DNA from: Halarcobacter sp.
GTDB lineage: Bacteria > Campylobacterota > Campylobacteria > Campylobacterales > Arcobacteraceae
DNA: 64,000 nt
Assembly: GCA_048571215.1 (NCBI GenBank)
Contig: CP182352.1
Location: 160,001 to 224,000, forward strand
Direction of reading: 5' to 3'
Below, in pieces: positions 31,122 to 42,386 of this stretch. Position 1 is the first letter of the stretch. Each line of letters begins with the position of its first letter. The position numbers and the translations under genes were made by a program. The notes under the pieces were generated by a model that had not been told where the DNA came from, made no database searches, and worked only from the letters and a program-made list of their open reading frames with translations.

Positions 31122-31903
31122 TATTTAAGCCCCTTCATAATTGTTGATTCAACTTTTGCAATTGTTGGATTATATCTTTGTCCAACTTTGTCTGCATGAT
31201 CCATACCAATTTTCATATAAGCTGCAAGTGTTGCAAAACCTAAAATTAAGAAGAACCATGTTAATGCTTTTTTATAAGTTTTAAGTTTTTTTCTAGTTGC
31301 TTTAGGATCACTTCCATCAAACCATCCCCATTTAACTGCAAGTCTATATAACCCAATTGTACCATGGAACTCAACAGCTAATAGTAAAAGGATGTATAAA
31401 GGCCACATCCACTCTGACCAAACTCTATCAGAACTTGCATATGGACCAATTGCATCTGAATGTGTCATTATAATATATATATGTACTGAACCTAAGAAGA
31501 ACATTGCAAAACCAGTAAACGCTTGGATAAACCACAGTTTTGTATCCTCGTGTCCCATATTATTTGCATGTGCTTTCATAACTTGATATTGTTTAAAGTT
31601 ACTTGGTAATTTTCTCATTCCCATAGCAGCATGTACAATAAAAATTACAAAAACAACAAATGCAATTATAGATACTAATAATGGATTTCCTCCATCAAAA
31701 ATAAAACTACCTTCGAAAAATTTTGTAACAGAGTACATGAAATCCTTACTAATTAAAATTGAAGACACCATAAACATATGTCCCCACATAAAAAGAGCTA
31801 GAAATAATCCAGTCGCACTTTGAATATAGTCAAGCTTTGCTGGAACTCTACTCTTTTTTCTCTCTACAGTCTTCCCTAAATAACCTTCTATTAGGTCACT
31901 CAT
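31121..31903 (-). CDS. frdC: Fumarate reductase cytochrome b subunit
   Basis: Start MSDLIEG after AAAGGA; 5 TM with haem His residues; Wolinella-type '[12 protein letters not shown]'. Confidence 0.94.
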   Translation of the reverse strand: MSDLIEGYLGKTVERKKSRVPAKLDYIQSATGLFLALFMWGHMFMVSSILISKDFMYSVTKFFEGSFIFDGGNPLLVSIIAFVVFVIFIVHAAMGMRKLPSNFKQYQVMKAHANNMGHEDTKLWFIQAFTGFAMFFLGSVHIYIIMTHSDAIGPYASSDRVWSEWMWPLYILLLLAVEFHGTIGLYRLAVKWGWFDGSDPKATRKKLKTYKKALTWFFLILGFATLAAYMKIGMDHADKVGQRYNPTIAKVESTIMKGLK

Positions 31904-32036
31904 TTGACATCCTTTCCTGTGAATTTGATTTTGTGATATTAATAGCATAATAATAGCTTAATAGTGCTTAATATCCCAAGAAGTAGTTATGTATAAGTTA
32001 TGTACAAATATTGTACAAAATAATATTTAGACAATA

Positions 32037-32063
32037 AAAAAAGCCCTATTACTAGGGCTTTTT
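32037..32063. terminator. Intrinsic terminator after nuo operon
   Basis: AAAAAGCCCTA-TTAC-TAGGGCTTTTT. Confidence 0.8.
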
Positions 32064-32128
32064 AGGCTTATGTCTGCGAGTACATAATTTTTAAAAATTA
32101 TGGACATATGTTACTTATTAACACACTG

Positions 32129-33634
32129 TTATTTTATAAATAGCGATTGTATAGCTGTTTGTGTTAAGTCTATAAGTGTATCAATATTTAATACAGGTAT
32201 AAAGAATACTATTGCACTACCAATACCTCCAACAACTGTAACTATTGCTAAAAATCCAATAGCATAAGTTGAGATTCTTTTATCATTAAAATCATTACTT
32301 ACACACTCATCTTTTGTAGGATAAAAATACATCATTGCGATAAGTTTGAAGTAATAATATACAGATACAAAAGTTGCAATAATTGCTAATACTGCAAGTG
32401 GTGCAAATCCAGCATTTATAGCTTCAGTAAATACATAAAATTTACCGATAAAACCAATAGTTGAAGGGATACCAGCTAGTGAAAATAAGAAAATAGTCAT
32501 CATAGCAGCTAAAAATGGTCTCTCTTTTGCTAAACCTTTAAAGTCATCATATGTAACTCTAACTTTTGTCTCAGAGATAATATGTGAGATGATACCAAAT
32601 GAACCAAGTGCAGATAATAAATATGCAATAAGATAAAATACAGTTGCATATGCTGCATCAATATTTTGACCAATGGCTATAAATGCTAATAGTAAATAAC
32701 CTGTATGAACAATTGAAGATGCTGCTAACATTCTTTTTACAATTTTTTGTGTTATTGCTAACCAAGTACCAAATACTAATGTTAAGATAATGATTACATA
32801 AATAATTGAATCCCAGAAATTTATCATAGAACCCATATCTTGTAAAATTGCTCTTAAGAAGAATGAAAAAATCGCAATTTTAAAAGTAGATGCCATATAT
32901 GCAGTGATGATCATAGGAGCACCTCTATACACATCTAGAACCCAAGATTGGAATGGGAAGGCTGCAACTTTGAATAGGAACGTAAATAAAATAAGTGATA
33001 ATCCTATATATATAAGTGCTAAATCTCCATTATTATGAGTAGAAATAAAGTTTGCAATCTCTGTTAAATTAGTACTTTGTGCCGCTCCATAAACTAGTAC
33101 AACACCTAATAGATAAAAAGCACCAATAAATGAACCTAAAACTAAATATTTGAAAATAGCCTCAACCCTTTTTGAGTCATCAGTGTTGTACCCAACCATA
33201 ATATAAACTGAAAAAGATGCAATCTCTAAAGCAATATATGCAGTAACTAAATCGTTTGAGTTAGCTAATAACATCATCCCAAATAAAGCAAACAATAAAA
33301 TTGAGAAAAACTCACCTTTAAAGTATGATCTAGATTGAAAATAGTTTTCACCAATTAATAATGTAAGTAAAGTACCACCAATTAATAGTACATTGAAAAA
33401 GTTTGAAAAAGTATCAAATATCAAAACATTATTAAAAACTGAATTGTATGGTTTAACCGAATACAACTCACCAAATGGAATAAAAGTTAAGATAAGTGCT
33501 AATATTAAAACAACAGATGAAACTATAATGTATTGTTTAGTATTAAATTTATTTTCAAACATACTCATAAACATTAAAGCAACAGCCGCTATTAAAACTA
33601 TTGATACAGGTAATATATGTATTAAGTTACTCAT
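32129..33634 (-). CDS. nuoN: NADH-quinone oxidoreductase subunit N
   Basis: '[10 protein letters not shown]', '[11 protein letters not shown]', 'SLAGIP...GFIGKF'. Confidence 0.93.
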   Translation of the reverse strand: MSNLIHILPVSIVLIAAVALMFMSMFENKFNTKQYIIVSSVVLILALILTFIPFGELYSVKPYNSVFNNVLIFDTFSNFFNVLLIGGTLLTLLIGENYFQSRSYFKGEFFSILLFALFGMMLLANSNDLVTAYIALEIASFSVYIMVGYNTDDSKRVEAIFKYLVLGSFIGAFYLLGVVLVYGAAQSTNLTEIANFISTHNNGDLALIYIGLSLILFTFLFKVAAFPFQSWVLDVYRGAPMIITAYMASTFKIAIFSFFLRAILQDMGSMINFWDSIIYVIIILTLVFGTWLAITQKIVKRMLAASSIVHTGYLLLAFIAIGQNIDAAYATVFYLIAYLLSALGSFGIISHIISETKVRVTYDDFKGLAKERPFLAAMMTIFLFSLAGIPSTIGFIGKFYVFTEAINAGFAPLAVLAIIATFVSVYYYFKLIAMMYFYPTKDECVSNDFNDKRISTYAIGFLAIVTVVGGIGSAIVFFIPVLNIDTLIDLTQTAIQSLFIK

Positions 33635-35112
33635 TTTGTTGCTCCAATATGTAAAATGTCATTTAAGTAGTGTGTAACAGTTGGTTCAAATTTATCTATG
33701 AAGATATCTGGATAGATACCCATTAAAAATACTAAGAAAACCCATGGTGCTAAACCAATAATCTCTTTGATTTTTAAATCTCTAAATTTTAAATCTGAAC
33801 CCTCTCTATTTTGCAAAATTGCCCTTTGAAACATCCATAACATATATGAGGCACCAATTATTACAGTAAGAGCTGAGATATAACCTAAAGTGTGATTAAA
33901 CTCATAGATACCAAAGATAATTAGTAATTCTGAAACAAAACCATTTGTTCCAGGAAGTCCCACATTTGCAAATAACATAATTGCAAAAATTGTTGTAAAT
34001 ATTGGAGCTTGTTTTGCTAACCCACCTAAGTCTTTAATTGTTTTAAATCCAGTCTCTTCATGAATCAATCCAACAAGTAAGAATAATGCACCTGTTGCAA
34101 TTGCATGGGCAATGATTAAGTATAATGCCCCATTTACACCAAAAGCATTTAGTGAAAAAATACCAGCAGCAATAAAACTTAAGTGTGATGCTGAAGAGTA
34201 TGCAAACATTCTTTTAATATCATCTTGCATAAGTGCTGCAATACCAAAGTAAACAAGTCCAAATAAACCAATAAATACAAACCAGCTTGAGAATTCAACA
34301 TAAATCTCAGGGAAGATTGGAATTAAAAATCTTACAACTGCATAAACTCCAAGTTTTGCCATAATAGATGATAATAAAAATACTGCACCAGTAGGAGCAT
34401 TTTTATATGTTTCCATAATCCAAGTGTGTAATGGGAACATTGGAATCTTAATAGCAAATGCAGAAAGAAAAGCTAAAAATAACCAAATTTGTTCAGTATA
34501 GCTTAGTGTTGTGATTTGTGTAAGTTTATCGTATTGGAATGCCCATTGACCAAACTCATTATGATAAGCAACACCTAAATAGATAATTGCTACAAACATA
34601 AGTAAAGAACCAAGCATAGTATAAACAGTAACTTTAATAGTTGTAAATACCTTGTCTCCAAATCCATAAATACCTATCATTAAGAAAACAGGTAAAAGCA
34701 TAACTTCCCAGAAAAAGTAAAAAAGAACAACATCAAGAGCTAAAAGTGAACCAGTAACACCAGTTTGAACTAATAGCATGTTTATCCAATATCCTTTTGT
34801 TCTACCTTCCCAAAGTAGAAGATATGCTGTTGGAATTAAAATAGCAATCATCATTAGAATTGTTAATGAGAAACCATCAACACCAATATAGTAATTAATA
34901 CCATAAGACTCAATCCAAGGAACATTAGTAACAAACTGCATTCCGGCACTTGGCTCAAAATCGATGTAGATTTTAAGAACAAGTGCTAATATTACAGTAG
35001 TAGTTAGAAATGCTATATTTCTAACTGTTTCTATATGTTTTGTAGTTATCATTAAACCAAAGGCAACAACCGCTGGTAAAAAGATAATAAATGATAAAAT
35101 ATCTGCACTCAT
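33631..35112 (-). CDS. nuoM: NADH-quinone oxidoreductase subunit M
   Basis: '[11 protein letters not shown]', '[12 protein letters not shown]', '[11 protein letters not shown]'. Confidence 0.94.
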   Translation of the reverse strand: MSADILSFIIFLPAVVAFGLMITTKHIETVRNIAFLTTTVILALVLKIYIDFEPSAGMQFVTNVPWIESYGINYYIGVDGFSLTILMMIAILIPTAYLLLWEGRTKGYWINMLLVQTGVTGSLLALDVVLFYFFWEVMLLPVFLMIGIYGFGDKVFTTIKVTVYTMLGSLLMFVAIIYLGVAYHNEFGQWAFQYDKLTQITTLSYTEQIWLFLAFLSAFAIKIPMFPLHTWIMETYKNAPTGAVFLLSSIMAKLGVYAVVRFLIPIFPEIYVEFSSWFVFIGLFGLVYFGIAALMQDDIKRMFAYSSASHLSFIAAGIFSLNAFGVNGALYLIIAHAIATGALFLLVGLIHEETGFKTIKDLGGLAKQAPIFTTIFAIMLFANVGLPGTNGFVSELLIIFGIYEFNHTLGYISALTVIIGASYMLWMFQRAILQNREGSDLKFRDLKIKEIIGLAPWVFLVFLMGIYPDIFIDKFEPTVTHYLNDILHIGATK

Positions 35113-35113
35113 C

Positions 35114-37003
35114 TTATAATCCTAAAGAAATATATAAATATATAAAAACACAACTCATACCAATAAGCATAAAGGCCGCGTAAAATCTTACATTTGCATT
35201 TTGTATCATTGCAACTTTTTTACCAAAAGAAACAAACTCATTACAAACACCCATTATAAATCCATCAATAATCTTAGTATCAACTACTTTGTCAATAAAA
35301 GTAGAGATTTTTTTAGAAAATTGAACAAAAATTATGTCATAGAACTCATCAACATAGAATTTATTAGCAATAATCCCTTTTTCATCTTCAGGTTTATAAA
35401 CATCAAAGTTGGCATATTTTTTATAAGCTACAACAATTCCTGCAACTGCTACAACAATAGATAATATCATCAGAATATATTCTGTTGCATGTGACATATG
35501 AATATGTGTAGAGTTAGTTTGTGCTAACCATGTATCAACTAAATGTTCACCTCCAAATATTGCTGGTAAGTTAAGAAAACCTGCTCCAACTGCTCCAACT
35601 GCTAATATAACAAGTGGGAAAGTGATAGTTTTTGATGTATAAACATATTGTTTTGTATGTTTATTTGGCGCTACAAATAAAATAAAATACATTCTAAACA
35701 TATAAAATGCTGTTAAAAATGCTGTAAACATTCCAATTGCCCAGATTAGGTATTGACCCTCTTGGAAAGCTGCTGCTAAAATAGCATCTTTTGAAAAGAA
35801 TCCAGAAAATGGAGGGATACCAGAAATTGCAATAACACCAATTAAGAATGTAATTCCAATAATTGGAAGTTGCACTCTATGTTGTGCCATTTTAAAAATA
35901 TTTTGTTCATGGTGTAAAGCTATAATCATACCACCAGCACCCATGAATAACATCGCTTTAAAAAATGCGTGAGTAAATACATGAAATAGTCCTGAACTAT
36001 AAAAACCTAAACCAACACCTATAAACATATATCCAAGTTGTGACATAGTTGAGTATGCAAGAATTTTTTTAATATCTTGTTGTCTTGTTGCAATTATTGC
36101 TGCAAATAGTGCTGAAAATGCACCAATATAAGCTATAAATGTACCAATCTCTTCAATTCCACTATATAAGAAGTGAAATCTTGCAACCATATAAACCCCA
36201 GCTGTTACCATTGTAGCTGCGTGGATAAGTGCTGAAATTGGAGTTGGTCCTGCCATTGCATCAGGAAGCCACACATATAATGGAATCTGTGCTGATTTAC
36301 CCATAGCTCCAACAAATAGTAGGAAACCTGATAATACTAATAATCCAGTTGGTGCATTATTTATATTTGCTTCAAGGGAAGTAAAGCTTAAGTCAACTTC
36401 TCCTAAAGCAAAGAATAGGGTGATAAGACCTAAAAGAAAACCAAAATCTCCAACTCTATTTGCAATAAAAGCTTTGTTACCAGCTATAACATTATCTTTA
36501 TCAGTATAATAAAAGGCAATTAGTAGGTATGAACAAACACCAACACCTTCCCAACCAATGAAAAGAATAATTGGATTATCTGCTAATACTAGGATTAACA
36601 TTGAAGCTAAGAATAGGTTAAAGTATGCAAAAAATTTACCAAACCCTTTATCTCCTGTCATATAACCAATAGCATAAATATGAATTAACCAACCAACAAA
36701 AGTTACAAACATTGACATGAAAATAGCTAGGTTATCACCTAAAAAGCCCATATTTACATTTAGTGTTCCAATATTTAGCCAAGTAAATAGTGTTTGTTTA
36801 TATGTAATACCACCATCAACCATGCCTAAAAAGATATTTAAAGTTATTAAAAAAGCTATTAAGGGTGTACCTGTACCAATTATAGAGAAAACCAATTCTG
36901 AAACAGGCTTTTTCTTAATGTGATAGAAGTAGATACCACCATTTAATATTGCACCAAGCAGTGGTGCTAATATTATCCAAACAAGAAGCGAAGTATCCAT
37001 CAT
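35114..37003 (-). CDS. nuoL: NADH-quinone oxidoreductase subunit L
   Basis: 'GKSAQIPLYVWLPDAMAGPTPISALIHAATMVTAG'. Confidence 0.96.
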   Translation of the reverse strand: MMDTSLLVWIILAPLLGAILNGGIYFYHIKKKPVSELVFSIIGTGTPLIAFLITLNIFLGMVDGGITYKQTLFTWLNIGTLNVNMGFLGDNLAIFMSMFVTFVGWLIHIYAIGYMTGDKGFGKFFAYFNLFLASMLILVLADNPIILFIGWEGVGVCSYLLIAFYYTDKDNVIAGNKAFIANRVGDFGFLLGLITLFFALGEVDLSFTSLEANINNAPTGLLVLSGFLLFVGAMGKSAQIPLYVWLPDAMAGPTPISALIHAATMVTAGVYMVARFHFLYSGIEEIGTFIAYIGAFSALFAAIIATRQQDIKKILAYSTMSQLGYMFIGVGLGFYSSGLFHVFTHAFFKAMLFMGAGGMIIALHHEQNIFKMAQHRVQLPIIGITFLIGVIAISGIPPFSGFFSKDAILAAAFQEGQYLIWAIGMFTAFLTAFYMFRMYFILFVAPNKHTKQYVYTSKTITFPLVILAVGAVGAGFLNLPAIFGGEHLVDTWLAQTNSTHIHMSHATEYILMILSIVVAVAGIVVAYKKYANFDVYKPEDEKGIIANKFYVDEFYDIIFVQFSKKISTFIDKVVDTKIIDGFIMGVCNEFVSFGKKVAMIQNANVRFYAAFMLIGMSCVFIYLYISLGL

Positions 37004-37314
37004 GATTTCTCTCCTTGAGTTAATGTAGTAAAGATATCTGTATCAAGTGATCTTTTTGATCTAAATAATAATATGATTACTGATAAAAATATTGCAGCTT
37101 CAGCAGCAGCAATTGAAATTACCATAATAGTGATAATTTGAGGATCCATATTGAAGTGATATCTTGCAAATGTTATTAGAAATAGATTTACTCCATTTAA
37201 CATAAGTTCGATTGACATATAGATTACAAAGATATTTCTTCTTGCAATTACACCTATAACTCCGATTGAAAAAAGAATCATAGAAACAAAAGCATATGAT
37301 GTTAAACTAATCAT
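37000..37314 (-). CDS. nuoK: NADH-quinone oxidoreductase subunit K
   Basis: 'RRN...SIELMLNG', 'AAAEAA'. Confidence 0.94.
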   Translation of the reverse strand: MISLTSYAFVSMILFSIGVIGVIARRNIFVIYMSIELMLNGVNLFLITFARYHFNMDPQIITIMVISIAAAEAAIFLSVIILLFRSKRSLDTDIFTTLTQGEKS

Positions 37315-37826
37315 GCGTCTTCCTTATTCATTTTTTTTCTTCTTGCTAATACAATTGAACCTACAAGTGCAATTAGTAGTAAAATTGAGATTAACTCAAA
37401 TGATATAATCCAATCGTTGTATAATAATTTACCGATAGGTTTAATATCTCCAAAAGAACTCTCTACAAGTTTCATATCTGCATCAGGTAGATTTGAAATA
37501 GCTTTTAAAATTACAATATTAAAAGGGATCATAACTACTACACCTAAAGCAATAAGTGAGAATTTTTTAGGCTCTTTTGGTAAATGTTCATCTTTAATAT
37601 TTAAGAACATTAGTAAAAATAGAATAAGTGTCATAATAGCACCTGCATATACTATTATTTGAACCATAAATAAAAATGTTGCATTAAGTAGTGCAAAAAG
37701 TCCTGCAACTGACATAATAGAAATCAACAAGCCAAGAGCAGAGTACATTGGACTTCTATAAACTAACATTGCTACACCACCAGCAATTGCAAAAAAACTA
37801 AGTGCTAGAAAAATTAAATTACTCAT
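37311..37826 (-). CDS. nuoJ: NADH-quinone oxidoreductase subunit J
   Basis: 'QIIVYAGAIM', 'FELISILLL'. Start MSNLIF follows AAGGA. Confidence 0.93.
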   Translation of the reverse strand: MSNLIFLALSFFAIAGGVAMLVYRSPMYSALGLLISIMSVAGLFALLNATFLFMVQIIVYAGAIMTLILFLLMFLNIKDEHLPKEPKKFSLIALGVVVMIPFNIVILKAISNLPDADMKLVESSFGDIKPIGKLLYNDWIISFELISILLLIALVGSIVLARRKKMNKEDA

Positions 37827-38325
37827 TATCAAAATCCTTTGAACGCTCATAAGACATAAGTTGTTTTTTATCTACTACGAAATCTTCTCTTTTACTAGCA
37901 GTGAAACTAAAAATTCCTGTATCCATTCTAATAGCATCACATGGACAAGCTTCAACACAATATCCACAAAATACACACTCTAATAAATCGATTTTAAACT
38001 CTTTAGGTCTTTTTTCTGCTACTCCATCGAATCTCTCTTGGGCATCAATAAAGATACATTGAGCTGGACATGCAGTTGCACACATATAACATGCCACACA
38101 TTTTTCACTACCATCATCCCATTTTGTTAACCTATGTACACCTCTATATCTATCTGTGATATCTGTTGGTTGAACCTCAGGATATTGTTGCGTTTTTAAC
38201 TTCGATACATCACCTAAATTTTCTTTAAAGTGTGTAAACGTAGTTTTCATTCCCCCTATAATTGCTGGAATGTATAATCTATCTTTTAATGACTTTCCAT
38301 GTCTTGGTACAATTTTAATTCCCAT
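37819..38325 (-). CDS. nuoI: NADH-quinone oxidoreductase subunit I
   Basis: Two CxxCxxCxxxCP motifs; 'QYPE', 'YRGVH'. Confidence 0.95.
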   Translation of the reverse strand: MGIKIVPRHGKSLKDRLYIPAIIGGMKTTFTHFKENLGDVSKLKTQQYPEVQPTDITDRYRGVHRLTKWDDGSEKCVACYMCATACPAQCIFIDAQERFDGVAEKRPKEFKIDLLECVFCGYCVEACPCDAIRMDTGIFSFTASKREDFVVDKKQLMSYERSKDFDNE

Positions 38326-38326
38326 A

Positions 38327-39610
38327 TTAACTTCCTGACACTACTACAAAAATAGCAGTTATTACAATATTTAGTATTGATAAAGGTATTAATACTTTCC
38401 AACCTAACATTTGAAGTTGGTCATATCTAAATCTTAATAGTGTCCATCTAATCCAAATGAATACAAAATTCATAAAGAAGAATTTAGCGATGAATGTTCC
38501 TATTTGGATTACAGCAGTTGCAATATTTACACCATTTGAACCAAGTCCTGTTATTAAGAACAAGATTAAAATAGCCATTACTACAGCAGTAATTCCCCAG
38601 AAAGCTTTTATTAAGATATTTTTTTCTCTATCTCTTTTGTCGTTAGCATCTAGCCAGTTATAGTTTTTGTTCATCCATTTATTTAAAAAGAATGCCTTGA
38701 TTGGTAAGATAATTATAATTGCTAGAATAACATAGTTGATATTACTTTGAATTGTTTGTGTATCCAACCAAGGGATTTGATAACCACCTAAAAATAGTGT
38801 AACTATAATAGCTGACGAAGCACTCATTGCCGCATATTCACCAACTTGGAAAAGACCAAATCTCATAGCTGAATACTCTGTATGATACCCAGCAACAATC
38901 TCTGATTCACCCTCTGCTATATCAAATGGTGTTCTATTTGTTTCAGCAAAAGCAGTAACTACAAAAATTAATGCTGCAAGTGGTTGCATAAAAATACCCC
39001 AAGCTGGAATAAATCCAAAAAATACTCCACTTTGGGCTTGAACCATTTCACTAAGATTAATTGTCCCATATGTTAATAAAACAGAGATAACAGATAATGA
39101 CATAGCTGCTTCATAAGAGATAACTTGTGCTGATGCTCTAATCCCACCTAAAAGTCCATATTTGTTTTCAGATGAATAACCACCTAAAATAATACCAAAT
39201 ACAGACAAACCTGCAAATGCTAAAAACCACATAATTCCAAGGGTTGTTGGAATTGCTTGCATCATAAAACTTTCCCCATCTATTACCAATGTATCAGAAA
39301 AAGGAATAACTGCCATTGTCATAAATGAACAGAAAAAAACTATTGCAGGAGCAATTGTATATAGAAACTTTTCTTTAATATGTGCTGGAGTAAAATCCTC
39401 TTTAAACACAAGTTTTAACATATCTGCGATTGCTTGAATTAGACCACCTAATCTAATCCCAGCAATATCTGCTCTGTTAGGACCAGTTCTATCTTGCATA
39501 AGACCTGCAACCCTTCTTTCCCACCAAACCATAATTGGAGTTGTTCCAACCGATAAGATTTTAGCAAGAAGAATATTTACAATAATTACTACTATTGAAA
39601 CCGTACTCAT
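38327..39610 (-). CDS. nuoH: NADH-quinone oxidoreductase subunit H (long form)
   Basis: 'ERRVAG..QDRTGPN', 'AETNRTPFD.AEGESE', 'RFRYDQL'. Confidence 0.95.
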   Translation of the reverse strand: MSTVSIVVIIVNILLAKILSVGTTPIMVWWERRVAGLMQDRTGPNRADIAGIRLGGLIQAIADMLKLVFKEDFTPAHIKEKFLYTIAPAIVFFCSFMTMAVIPFSDTLVIDGESFMMQAIPTTLGIMWFLAFAGLSVFGIILGGYSSENKYGLLGGIRASAQVISYEAAMSLSVISVLLTYGTINLSEMVQAQSGVFFGFIPAWGIFMQPLAALIFVVTAFAETNRTPFDIAEGESEIVAGYHTEYSAMRFGLFQVGEYAAMSASSAIIVTLFLGGYQIPWLDTQTIQSNINYVILAIIIILPIKAFFLNKWMNKNYNWLDANDKRDREKNILIKAFWGITAVVMAILILFLITGLGSNGVNIATAVIQIGTFIAKFFFMNFVFIWIRWTLLRFRYDQLQMLGWKVLIPLSILNIVITAIFVVVSGS

Positions 39611-41043
39611 AGACTACCTTTTTCTATCATAGATTTGATATACTCAATTATTGAAGTGATTGACTCCATTGGTTTATCTTTTCTAATTTTTGAAATAACT
39701 TTTTGTTTAATACCTTCAAAGTTGATATATGTTCCACTTTTTTCATAAAATGAAGCAGTTGGAATTACAATATCAGACTTAGTAAGTGTTTCACAATTGT
39801 GAGAGAAACAACTTACAACTTTTTTACCATCTAAAAGTTTTAGATTGTTATCAAAATAGTTGTTACCTAAAATAACAACTGCAGATGCAGCTTTTAATGA
39901 TGAATTAAAATGCTCTTCATCTTCACTAATCTCTAACTCTTTAAATGCAGCTCTATTAGCTGATTTGTCAGATTTTCTTAAATAATCATCTCCAAAACTT
40001 TCATCAAATGAATGTGGAGCATATCCTGTTATATCTGCTTTAATTATTGATGCTAAATTTTTAACATTTTGCATCTCTTCAAGTGAAAGACTCGGGTCTA
40101 ATACAAATAAAATTTTACTTTCAGTTGTTAAAATTTTAAAAGTGTTAGTAATAGCATTATCGAAGTTACTTTCTTCATTTCCAATTTTCGCTTCTAAAAC
40201 TCTATTTTCAGCTTCATTCTTATAAGATAATCTTCCCTCATCACATATAAACCAACCATTAACCGCTTTGTTAACTCTTGGTCTAAATCTAAAGATTTGA
40301 TCATCTTTGTATTTTTCTTTTCTATGGTCCACTTTGATATTACATCCTCTTGCACAACCACTACAGATTGCATCAAAAGATTCCATAAACCAAACTCTTT
40401 GTTTAAATCTAAAATCTTGTGAGGTTAAAGCTCCAACAGGACATAGATCAACAACATTCATAGCATATGGATTATCTAAAGGACGTCCAGGAAAAGTTCC
40501 AATTACAGAATGGTCTGCTCTATTAATAACACCTAACTCATTTGTTTTGGTTATATCAGAACAGAATCTTACACATCTTATACAAAGAACACATCTTTCT
40601 TGGTCAAGCATAACATTGCTTCCAAGTTCAATTCTTTTTCTAGCTGTAACCTTATTGTCTACTTGTACTCTAGAATCATAAAATCCTGATTCCATATAGT
40701 AGTCTTGAAGTTTACATTCTCCAGCTTGATCACATGTAGGGCAGTCAATTGGGTGATTGATTAGTTCTAATTCAAGAATATCTCGTCTAACTTTTTCAAT
40801 ATTCTCACCCTTTGTTCTTACAATCATACCCTCTTTAATAGGAGTATCACACGCAATTTGTGGTCTTTTTTGTCCTTCGATTTCAACCATACACATTCTG
40901 CAGTTACCATCTTTACCTAAGGCTTGGTGATAGCAAAAATGGGGAATATGAATATCTCTGTCTATTAGGGCGTCTATTAAAAGACTCCCTTTCTCTGCAT
41001 CTATTTCTTCCCCATTAACTGATAGTTTAACAAGTTCACTCAT
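39607..41043 (-). CDS. nuoG: NADH-quinone oxidoreductase subunit G (short form)
   Basis: 'PHFCYH...GNCRMC', 'HPIDCPTCDQAGEC', 'CVLCIRCVRFC...CPVGAL', 'CSGCARGC...CDEGR'. Confidence 0.9.
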   Translation of the reverse strand: MSELVKLSVNGEEIDAEKGSLLIDALIDRDIHIPHFCYHQALGKDGNCRMCMVEIEGQKRPQIACDTPIKEGMIVRTKGENIEKVRRDILELELINHPIDCPTCDQAGECKLQDYYMESGFYDSRVQVDNKVTARKRIELGSNVMLDQERCVLCIRCVRFCSDITKTNELGVINRADHSVIGTFPGRPLDNPYAMNVVDLCPVGALTSQDFRFKQRVWFMESFDAICSGCARGCNIKVDHRKEKYKDDQIFRFRPRVNKAVNGWFICDEGRLSYKNEAENRVLEAKIGNEESNFDNAITNTFKILTTESKILFVLDPSLSLEEMQNVKNLASIIKADITGYAPHSFDESFGDDYLRKSDKSANRAAFKELEISEDEEHFNSSLKAASAVVILGNNYFDNNLKLLDGKKVVSCFSHNCETLTKSDIVIPTASFYEKSGTYINFEGIKQKVISKIRKDKPMESITSIIEYIKSMIEKGSL

Positions 41044-41078
41044 GTTGTGTCATCTCCTTTTTTGACCGCTTAATTTTT

Positions 41079-42365
41079 TTATTTACCTGTGTATAATTGT
41101 CTTGGTCTAGCAATTCTAGCTGTTGAGTCTTGTTTTAATTCTGACCACTGTGTGATCCATCCAACAGTTCTACCAATAACAAAAACTGGTGTAAACATCT
41201 CTACAGGAATTTTAAGAGCTGTTAAAATAACACCTGAATAGAAGTCAATATTTGGATATAAACCTCTTTGTTTGAAATAATCATCTTTTAATGCTGCTTC
41301 TTCTACAGCTGCAGCAACATCTAATAATCTAGAGTCAAGATTTAACTCTTCTCTTAATTTATCTTGTAAACCTTTTAGCGTTTCAGCTCTTGGGTCTCTG
41401 TTTTTATAAACTCTGTGACCAAATCCCATTAATCTAAATGGATCATTTTTATCTTTTGCTTTTGCAATATAAGTTGGTACATTTTTAACATCACCAATTA
41501 ATTTTAATTGATCCATAACTTTTTCATTTGCACCACCGTGAGCTGATCCCCATAATGCAGCAATACCAGAAGCAATTGCAACATAAGGGTGTGCTTCTGT
41601 TGAACCTACATTTCTAACAGTTGTTGTAGAAGCATTTTGTTCATGATCTGCATGAAGAGTAAAAATCGCATCTAAAGCATCAACTTCAACTTGTCTAATA
41701 TCATCATTATGACCATTACCTAGGTATTTCATTTTTCCACCTGGATATGCTCTTAACATATATAAGAAGTTTTCAGTAAAGTATCTATTTACATCTGGAT
41801 AGATTTGTGGAACGCCAATTGAATTTCTATAAGCCATTGCAGCAATAGTTGGTATTTTTGCAACTATTCTTCTTCTCATTTCTTTAAATTGATCTTCATC
41901 TTCTAAATGTAAGTGATCCTTATAAAAAGTTGATAAAGCCATAGTAGCTGCACCAAGTGTTGCCATTGGGTGAGCATGATCTGGAAATGCATCAAAGATT
42001 CTTGTTAAACCCTCATGTACAAAAGATCTATGTCTAATTTCTAAATCAAAACCTCTTGATTCTTCAGGACTAGGAAGTCTACCTCTCATTAATAAATAAC
42101 ATACATCTAGATAAGATTTTTTACCCGCAAGTTCTTGTATTGGGTATCCTCTATATCTTAATTCCGAATTTTCTCCATCAATAAATGTGATTTTTGAATC
42201 ACAAGCTGCAGTTGATGTATAACCTGGGTCATATGTAAACATACCAGAATCTTTATAGAAACTTCTAATATCTACTACATCTGGTCCTCTTGTACCACTT
42301 ATGATATTATACTCATATGCTTTGCCATCTCTGTTATCCGTTAATGTAAATGTATTCTTTCCCAT
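41079..42365 (-). CDS. gltA: Citrate synthase (type II-like)
   Basis: 'YDPGYTSTA', 'HADHEQNAST', 'HGGANE', 'GFGHRVYK', 'PNIDFYSG'. Confidence 0.97.
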   Translation of the reverse strand: MGKNTFTLTDNRDGKAYEYNIISGTRGPDVVDIRSFYKDSGMFTYDPGYTSTAACDSKITFIDGENSELRYRGYPIQELAGKKSYLDVCYLLMRGRLPSPEESRGFDLEIRHRSFVHEGLTRIFDAFPDHAHPMATLGAATMALSTFYKDHLHLEDEDQFKEMRRRIVAKIPTIAAMAYRNSIGVPQIYPDVNRYFTENFLYMLRAYPGGKMKYLGNGHNDDIRQVEVDALDAIFTLHADHEQNASTTTVRNVGSTEAHPYVAIASGIAALWGSAHGGANEKVMDQLKLIGDVKNVPTYIAKAKDKNDPFRLMGFGHRVYKNRDPRAETLKGLQDKLREELNLDSRLLDVAAAVEEAALKDDYFKQRGLYPNIDFYSGVILTALKIPVEMFTPVFVIGRTVGWITQWSELKQDSTARIARPRQLYTGK

Positions 42366-42386
42366 CTGTTGTTCTCCTTATTTAAA

